The notes under the pieces are model-generated. The model saw only the letters and a list, made by a program, of their open reading frames with translations, had not been told where the DNA came from and searched no databases. DNA of 18,387 bases from positions 103,369,160 to 103,387,546 of the forward strand of contig JANKJI020000004.1 of NCBI GenBank assembly GCA_024626585.2, read 5' to 3'. Shown here piece by piece: positions 10,586 to 18,387 of this stretch; position 1 is the stretch's first letter; each line of letters starts with the position of its first letter. Origin of the DNA: Ginkgo biloba (taxonomy: Eukaryota > Plantae > Ginkgophyta). The translations under genes were made by a program, and so were the position numbers.

Positions 10586-10879
10586 CTACAGGAGATGGGA
10601 AAGGGAACGAACTTAAGTGCACATGTTTCATGCCAGTAAAATGAAAAGTTTTGCTCTATCCAAAAAGCATGAAGGATAGAGTCCAAGAAATCCCACTCTA
10701 AAAGTAAAGGCTCTAGAAGGACTATGTGAATTGCTCTGGTATTGATGTGAGTTGTCTGGATTTTCTCTGAAGAAGCCGAGGGTTTGCAGAAGCTACAGGG
10801 GTAGGTCATGGCACGACATTGAAAATGGCTTCTCATGGATATAAACAGGAATACTTGGAAACATCAAAACGCAAAGAAC

Positions 10880-11120
10880 TCTTATATCGTCAGAAAAACT
10901 ACTCTGACGGAGATGCTCATCATTGCAGGAAGGAATTCACAATGTCTGAGTGAAAAGTTGTGATCCAAAGCATTGGCAACAATCCACAACGTCATTTTGT
11001 CATGACTGGACATGAATCAGCTCAAGTGCCTTATATTTCCGGCAGGAGAAATATAAAAACTTTACACAAAATAAATCTGTGAGGATTAAATTCTTCCAAT
11101 GATAATCACATCAACCGTCA
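10880..11120. promoter_or_regulatory. Cluster of TGACG (TGA/as-1-type half-site) motifs upstream of the AIG1-like exons
   Basis: TGACG/CGTCA at 10888-10892, 10905-10909, 10990-10994 and 11116-11120 in a window where CG is otherwise scarce. TATA-like tataag on the minus strand at 10886-10881. Confidence 0.3.
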
Positions 11121-11186
11121 GGCTAGGGTAAGGATGACAGCTGGTGATCTTAGAACTTGTGCGCCAACAAAGTGGGAATGCATTAC

Positions 11187-11730
11187 TGTTGGACGAAGAA
11201 TCCGACGCATGTCAAATATTGCTATGACCAACACCGATGAAGGAGAAACCGCCGACGAGCATTGGAAGGAATGGGCTACACCGATATGGCACCTGCAAAG
11301 GATCAGCGACATAAGCCTACATCGACATGAGTCAGATATCCGACGAATGTCGAGAAAGAATCCAGACGCAATTCAACAACAACATTCCACTGACATCAGT
11401 CAAGAAGGTTCACTGATTCTGACGACGGGTTCCGACATTAGTCTTTGACTTCACTCATATGTTGTAACTACCACGACGGTTATGTAACCGTCTTCACTTT
11501 GTATATATAGATCACATAGGTCAAGATGAGGGGAGAGGGCTTACTATAATGTAATGAATACAATAATTGTATGTAATTCCACTTGTGCATTAATACAAAG
11601 ACTTGGATGGTTTTCCACATGATTGTGTACAGTGTGTATGAATGTGAATGTAATATACTTACTTGTGATGTTATGCAACAACTAGAGTAGGGATTCGTTG
11701 TGCACCCATTAAGCATTCCAATGCTTAACA
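11187..11730 (+). mobile_element. Solo LTR, 544 bp, probably Ty1/copia type
   Basis: Termini TGTT...AACA, flanked by a near-perfect 5-bp target-site duplication (ATTAC 11182-11186, ATTAT 11731-11735). TATA-like tatatatag at ~11502 and a ggttttccac motif at ~11608. No PBS or PPT next to it. CpGs well retained. Confidence 0.8.
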
Positions 11731-12323
11731 ATTATCCAAAGATTTTAGGGAAATATAGAAGATTTGGGAGAAAATCGTCCATAGTCCAAGTTTTCAAGCG
11801 AAACACTAGCACAAATTTCAAACGGAGTGACTAAATAGATTAATGGATTAGATAAGGATTGAATCTCAACATAAAGATGAAGCTTCAATTTAAAATTAGC
11901 TTGAATAAATTCTATTCTAGAAACCTCGAAATTTACATGCCTTGCATGTTCATGGTTTTAGCTAAATCTAGGAAAGATAAAAACATCAAAGCTAATCCTA
12001 TTCTTTATAGACATGGATAAGAATGGTATCCATTTGCTCTATTCTTATCTTGCTTACTTTCACATTCATTTAATTAATAAAAAATTAATGATTGGCACTT
12101 TGGACATATGTGCCCCATTTGACTAAATGCAATATTGATTCCTCCCCGCATAGTTTGCAATGGACTCCATTGTCATAGACTTCAAATGAGAAATTTTTGC
12201 TTGAAGTTTGATTTTTGAAATCCATTTTTCTTGGTAAGGAGATTGTCATTTCTTGACAACCACATAAGTAGTATGGCTCCTACTCTTGCAAGATCTATTA
12301 TCATGTATCATTGGCAATAGCTA

Positions 12324-12412
12324 GCTGAAAATCCAAGATATTATTTGCGGAATGATGCACTAGAGGAGGTGGCTAAAAATCCTTGATATTATCCATGGGA
12401 TGATGCACTAGA
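12324..12412 (+). repeat. Two-copy tandem repeat with a 48-bp period
   Basis: gct(g/a)aaaatcc..gatattat......atgatgcactaga starts at 12324 and 12372. Confidence 0.85.
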
Positions 12413-13138
12413 ATGTCCACATCACCATCCAATTTCGGAAGCTCATTGAGTTTGAGATGGGTTGCACTAACAATTGTGACAATGTAGATTTCTGCAAATT
12501 TGTCTTTGTCGTGGGTCAAGGACAGCCATAAAGAGCGCTTCAAATTCAACCATGAAAGACATGCTAAAACCTAAGATTAATGATGGGGTTTAGTTGCGCA
12601 TTTTACAAATTATGGTTAAACCCCATGTAGAGGTGCTTAGGAGGGAAAAAAGTGTGAAGGCCATGATGGCATTTCAACCAGAGGCNNNNNNNNNNNNNNN
12701 NNNNNNNNNNNNNNNNNNNNNNNNNNNNNNNNNNNNNNNNNNNNNNNNNNNNNNNNNNNNNNNNNNNNNNNNNNNNNNNNNNNNNNNNNNNNNNNNNNNN
12801 NNNNNNNNNNNNNNNNNNNNNNNNNNNNNNNNNNNNNNNNNNNNNNNNNNNNNNNNNNNNNNNNNNNNNNNNNNNNNNNNNNNNNNNNNNNNNNNNNNNN
12901 NNNNNNNNNNNNNNNNNNNNNNNNNNNNNNNNNNNNNNNNNNNNNNNNNNNNNNNNNNNNNNNNNNNNNNNNNNNNNNNNNNNNNNNNNNNNNNNNNNNN
13001 NNNNNNNNNNNNNNNNNNNNNNNNNNNNNNNNNNNNNNNNNNNNNNNNNNNNNNNNNNNNNNNNNNNNNNNNNNNNNNNNNNNNNNNNNNNNNNNNNNNN
13101 NNNNNNNNNNNNNNNNNNNNNNNNNNNNNNNNNNNNNN

Positions 13139-14238
13139 TAGATCACCTTAGGCTTAAATTCCTTAATATCACATCCCATTTATACTACCCAAGACCCAAC
13201 TTAACTTTGGCTAGAAAAGATAACAAGAACTTTATGATCTATCACAACTTCAAACTCATTATTCTTTAAATAATACTTCCAAATCTTAATAGTATGAATA
13301 ATCGCTACAAACTCTTGATCCTAAACTGGATACCTTTGTTTTGTTTCATTCATCTTCCTACTCTTGTATGCCATAACATTACCATCCTATGTAAGAATTT
13401 CTCTAGTATCAATTCGATTAGTATTTATAAAGATGGTGAAAGGCTTTACCACATTTAGTAGAGTCAAGATTGGTGCCTCTGTAAGCTTTTGCTTCAATTA
13501 GTCAAAACTTGCTTGACAACTCTCAGTACATTTGAATCGCTTGGATTTCTTCAACAATTTTATAAGTAGTGCTGTGAACTTTGAAAAGTTCGATATGAAT
13601 CTATAGTAAAAGTTGACTAATCTTAGGAAACTTCTCACCTTGTGGACAATGATTAGTCTTCTTCTTGTGAACCACATTGACCTTATGAATAATCATTATT
13701 TCCCAAACCGAAATTGTATGTCCAAGATATTCTACCTCCTCCTTGTAGAAGTCACACTTAAATAAGTTGGCATATAGCATTGTCTCCTCAAAACATCTAA
13801 GACCATGCAAAGATGTTTTTCATGCTCTTCCTTACTTTTGTTAGATAACATAATGTCTTCAAGAAATACAACTACAAACTTCCTAAGAAAGGCTTAAAAA
13901 TACCATTCGTCAATCTCATAAAAGTAGTTAGACCTTTAGTAAGTTTACAAGGCATTACTAAATATTCATGGTAACCATATCTTGTAGTAAAAGTTACTTT
14001 TTTGTCCTTGGGATGAATTTTGATCTGATGATAATCTCTCCTTAGTTCAATCTTAGACAAGATGATTGTGCGCCTCATGGTGTCTAAGATATCATCGATC
14101 AGAGGAAGAGAGTATTTATCTCTATTGGTGACTTTGTTAAGTGTTTGATAGTCTACGCACTCTCATGGATCCATCTTTCTTCTTCACCAACAAAACTAGC
14201 ACACCAAATGGAGACTTAGAAGGCCATATAAACCCCTA
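13139..14238 (-). pseudogene. Degenerate Ty3/gypsy reverse transcriptase and RNase H
   Basis: Minus-strand translation across frameshifts: GFIWPSKSPFGVLVLLVKKKDGSMR, DYQTLNKVTNRDKYSLPLIDDILD, SKIELRRDYHQIKI, FTTRYGYHEYLVMP, VVFLEDIML (decayed YLDDIL), LYANLFKCDFYKEEVEYLGHTIS, CQASFD*LKQKLTEAPIL, AYKSRKMNE..YPV, IKIWKYYL..FEVVIDH. Many stops. Confidence 0.93.
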
Positions 14239-14240
14239 AT

Positions 14241-15035
14241 TGCATACTTACAAATTGGGTATTTACTCAGTGAATTTGGGGCATCTGAAGGGTGCAAAAC
14301 AATACCTCAGGGAAAAACGTCTCAATTCCTCCTTTTGGAATGCAATGCCTCACTTGCAAGGGAAATTAATGCACAGTACTAGTGCAGAGCCAACTACTAA
14401 TGTACAGTGATAGTACAAAACCAACTGTTAATGCGTAGTCAGGATGCAAAACTGACCACCAAGGTACCAAAAAGTGTTGCAACTTCTCTTGGAGGATCGT
14501 TGGGCCCCACAATGCCTCCTCAATCCATCCTAACTCCTTGAATGAAGTCGCCTTGCCTATAAAAGATATCAAAGCACTCCTTTGGCCAAAATACCTTTGA
14601 AAATTCATCATAAACGCAAAGAACCAAGCTCAGTTACGTAAAAAACACCTAGTGCCTAAAAATGATGACTTTCTCTAGTGTAGTAAGGTAAGTAGAATGC
14701 ATAAAATGAGTCTTGGAATGAGGATGCCCTCAGTAGAAGATCATAATGATAGAGAGAGAATATGCTTAATGGTTATCTAAGCTCAGATAAACCCTATTTA
14801 TGCAAAAAGAAAGGACACTAACCCCTGCATAGAATTGGGCTCACTCGTAATGTTGCCGCAAATCTAAGGAAGCCCTCTGTGCCACTGCTATCTCTCTAAT
14901 CACTCCTTGAAGGGAGATGCACTTGAATGAAATGTCGTTTTGACCTTACCCTTCAAACTTTTCTCCCTCCTATGTATACATATATATGTACATGTATATA
15001 TCTATATACATATACATATATATGTACACATTTAT

Positions 15036-15066
<31 letters not shown>

Positions 15067-16440
15067 CAGTTTATATATGTATACATGTGTGTGTGCACAT
15101 ATACACACACACATAACCAACATGTGTTAAAAGTGCAACCGATCCCCATCATTAAGCTTAGGTTTAGTCACATCCCTCAAGGCTAAATTTGAAGCACTCT
15201 TCAAGGCTCTCCTTAACCCACTTTTTAAGGCCAAAGTCGCAAAAGTTTAGGCTATAATAGGTGTAGAGAACCAATTGTCATCTTTGGATTCTTGAGTTTG
15301 ACTACATAAGCACCATAAATTGTAATTATATATTTTGGCCCTACTTTTTTGATTTGTTACTGTGTGCACTGTCATTGTGTATTGTTCTACATCCATAAAT
15401 GAATTTGCAATTTGACTTTTAACTTGTACATGCATGAATATGGGTTTGTTTACTCTTGGAATTCATATTCAGACTCCTTGCAAAAGGGAGCCTTTAGTGA
15501 AAGGGTTGTTTTGCATGATTTATGGTTAAATTTAGATTTGCATGGACATTAAGGTTTGAAGCATTTATTATTTTTCCCTGATTTTCATGTTTAAATCTGA
15601 ATGATCTATCTTAGTGGCAACTTGTCCTAGTAGGGATCCATTGAGAGGATTGGTCAAGCATAGGTTTGGCCATGCTTTTGCATTGGATGCATTATGTTCA
15701 GCTTGTGATAGTACAAGCCATAGTCCGTAGTGAGCGTTTATGACTTGGAGTCATGGGCTACTGATAGTCAGGGGAGGGTTAGCACCCTAAGAACCATTAG
15801 AGATGTTTTGGTACTGTGAGGTCTACTAGCACTCATAGTAGGCTATACTTTTCAACTAACATGCATTGGTATATGTTTTTGTGCATGTGTTTATTTGTTA
15901 ACATGTACATTTGCAGTCAATGATTCTTATATGCATGACACTAACTGGATGGATATCTCGTTGGGAGATAACCTNNNNNNNNNNNNNNNNNNNNNNNNNN
16001 NNNNNNNNNNNNNNNNNNNNNNNNNNNNNNNNNNNNNNNNNNNNNNNNNNNNNNNNNNNNNNNNNNNNNNNNNNCCTAGTGTCGAAGAGGGGTTGAAAAT
16101 AGACCCATACCTAACACTCTTATTTGGATGCAGGGGGTGGAATCAAACAAGATGGTTGCATTGTGTTGACAATTAGAATTAATGCACCAAATGTTTGGTT
16201 GCTAGCCAAGTACGCCCCTTTAGGTGGTCCCTGATGACCAACAGTGGATGCTAGTGTAAGTTGCCAAGTCTACCTTTGCCCCTAATGGTTTAGTCTTTTA
16301 AGCTAGTATGGTATTGTACTTGAAACACTTGAATAATAATATGAGTGAATATTTACTTATGTATTTTTACTCTGATGACTTATCTTTCTTGTTGCATTTA
16401 ATATTGTTAGCATGCAGATTAAAAAGGCGGGACTGTTATA
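14241..16440. mobile_element. Non-coding LTR-like insertion block, probably composite, between two pol remnants
   Basis: Begins TGCATAC where RT similarity stops and ends GGCGGGACTGTTATA (decayed ...TTACA) where integrase similarity stops. CTAAT lies on both sides. No credible ORF; contains a 100-N gap. Confidence 0.5.
14971..15114. repeat. Compound (TA)/(CA)/(TG) microsatellite
   Basis: About 140 bp of nearly continuous alternating purine-pyrimidine sequence. Confidence 0.95.
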
Positions 16441-17950
16441 CTAATAGGATGGATTCCTATTTGTGATGGTAAATTGATCCTAAATTCATTTGGATCAACT
16501 TGTTTTTCAATAGTATAGGGTCTATTTTTAAGAGGCTTGAGTTTATGGTGCAATTGTGTTTTGAACCTATTTTTGTCCAAGCATAACCAAGCCTTATATC
16601 CAATCTTGAAGGAATGAGCAATACAAGATCTGTCATGAAACTCTTTCTATTTTTCTTGAGTCTTCTTCATTACATCTTAAACTTTTTCATGAAGCTTTTG
16701 AAGATGCTTCATAAAATTTGAAGCCTTTGCTTGCTTTGACATCTCATGATTGAAAGAAGCATGAGGTAATGCAACCGACAACTCAACGAGTACGTGGTTG
16801 AAATTGATAGCAGACCTCAAATGGAGAATGGAGTGGAAGAGTGTATAGGTCGATTATAAATGTTTTGTATGTCTCATAAATAAATCCCATGTTTTGGGTG
16901 ATTGATTAATTGAACACCAAATTCTTGCACCAAAGTTCAATTAACCACCTTGGTTTATTAATTTATCTAAGGATGGAATGTTGTAGTATACTTGAGTGAA
17001 ATCCCAAGTTGTTTTCGTAATGAACTCTAGAAATGGATGAGAAATTGAGAATCCCATCTAAAACAATACTTGAGGGCAACTCAAAGTGACACATATATGA
17101 TCAAAGGTGTATCAATGCTCTCAGCATAGGATTGAACAAGGCCATCTTAATCTATCAACCACAACTCGAATACAATCATGTTGTTGCTTGGTCATAGGTG
17201 ACAACAATGGAGATGGATTCCCAAGGATAAGAAGTAATAGGAAAAGTAGAATATTTACCCACATTCTTATTTTTATGCTTGGATGCATCGCACAATGAAC
17301 ATTGCCTAATGAATGTTTGTATATCCTTCCTCATACTAGGCCAATAAACATCTCTGAAGATGTCCTGATGTTTTGGAGATGCCAAAGTCATCTTCATAAA
17401 GTGAACCATGTGTCTCTCTATGGTGTTGATCTCATCCACTTCCATATGGAACACAATTTGCTTACTCTATGTAAAATCCCTTCATTAAGATGATAGTCAA
17501 TGAAAGGTTGCTTGTTCACTATGGAGCTATGCATGATAGCATTCCATGCAACTAAAAATCCTCATCATTCTCATCAAGAGACTCCCAATCATCATAGTAT
17601 CCAAAACTAAAAGCAATGGAATGGTAGGAGGTCTAGAAAGGAAATCAACCACTATGTTAGTTGTACCTTTCATATAATGATCACAGTATGAAGTTAGTGC
17701 AAATAGGAAGCCAATTTCATGTGTTGATTGTCCTAGATCTTGGATTGTGATTGTGGAAACTATAAAGGCTGATGACTAATGTATACTACATATATCTTGG
17801 CCCAAGAAGTGGTGTCTCCAGTACTTGAAAGCTTGCGTCAATGCATAAATCTTTCTATTGTAAGTATTGTAAATTTTCATCTTCCATACATCTTAAGAGA
17901 AAGATCAATTTGATTGCTTTCCTCAATACGTCATTTGCAAAACCAGACGT
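16441..17950 (-). pseudogene. Degenerate Ty3/gypsy RNase H and integrase
   Basis: RNase H: YNTYNRKIYALTQAFKYWRHHFLG, KGTTNIVVDFLSRPP. Integrase Zn finger: YWPSMRKDIQTFIRQCSLC, PITSYPWESIS. Core: HDCIRVVVDR. C-terminal region: HSFKIGYKAWL, KLKPLKNRPYTI, NLPSQIGIHP. The RH-then-IN order identifies gypsy. Confidence 0.92.
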
Positions 17951-18387
17951 GAAAGCTTTATCAAAGGTTGGAATGTCCACAAATTCCAATTACTAATATA
18001 TAGACAACTATATCTTCCAACAAATTTTAGGATCTTTTCCTATTTAGGATCCTTGATATCAATCCTGAGGGTGACATGAAGAAGAGTGTTTCAATATAGT
18101 TACACATTTTGACCGGTCATAGATGATGACTCTTAATCTTCAAATTGTCCATGTAGTCGCTTGGATTTTCTCAAATTTTTCTCCTTAACTTGCTCCAATT
18201 TGTGATGGATGGATTTTCTTCTACATGAGTAGAATTATGTGCTTTCCACCATACCAAAGCATTCCCTATCTATAACAATATTGAGCCAAGATAATTGCAA
18301 AAAACACAGACAAAGTCAAAGCATGAGAACATAGATTGATGTGATAGAATTAGTCTACCACAAAACCACCTTTGAATTACTCAAAGT
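17951..18387 (-). pseudogene. Degenerate Ty3/gypsy gag (capsid) fragment
   Basis: Minus strand GNALVWWKAH...PSITNWSKLRRKI...EKILKFVG...LEFVDIPTFDKAF, which fits the retrotransposon gag A..WW...W..L pattern. Confidence 0.7.

Noticed and set aside
10588-10612. Pyrimidine tract resembling miR482/2118, and nearby ttccaca resembling the start of miR396
   Set aside because: Too many mismatches to the sequences as I recall them; better explained as a splice polypyrimidine tract and chance.
10513-10836. 107-aa minus-strand ORF containing GLFVELLRR, reminiscent of IAN ELFVELKK
   Set aside because: The match is very short, the rest is unlike IAN, and none of the three donors joins this frame in phase to the terminal exon.
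11134-11448. 104-aa plus-strand ORF
   Set aside because: It crosses the solo-LTR boundary, and its repeated SDIS/DIR peptides simply reflect the CCGAC repeats.
14927-15186. Tyr/Ile/Thr/His-rich ORFs
   Set aside because: Translations of the microsatellite.
13139-17950. The two pol remnants as one interrupted element
   Set aside because: Each has its own RNase H, and the minus-strand order RH-IN then RT-RH is incompatible with a single pol.

Overview
AT-rich plant nuclear DNA from a gappy draft scaffold with ten N-runs, four of them 100-N placeholders. The strong CG and CAG/CTG depletion and nested decayed retroelements suggest a large genome, possibly gymnosperm; that is an inference. Most of the window is decayed transposons: Ty3/gypsy gag, protease, RT-RNase H and integrase fragments, several LTR-like segments, a LINE-1 ORF1/endonuclease remnant, a hAT transposase remnant and a well-preserved solo LTR. 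A CpG-retaining island (~9603-11500) holds the intact minus-strand last exon of an AIG1/IAN (GIMAP-type GTPase) family gene, encoding a coiled coil, a polybasic stretch and the CaaX motif CGIM. A plausible preceding mini-exon carries its own ATG and lies inside a multi-helix foldback, with a TGACG cluster upstream. I found no GTPase-domain exon in the 8 kb upstream. The locus is therefore either a full gene with a very large TE-filled intron or a GTPase-less, prenylated ~81-88 aa microprotein. All protein assignments come from manual translation and recalled motifs, not database searches.
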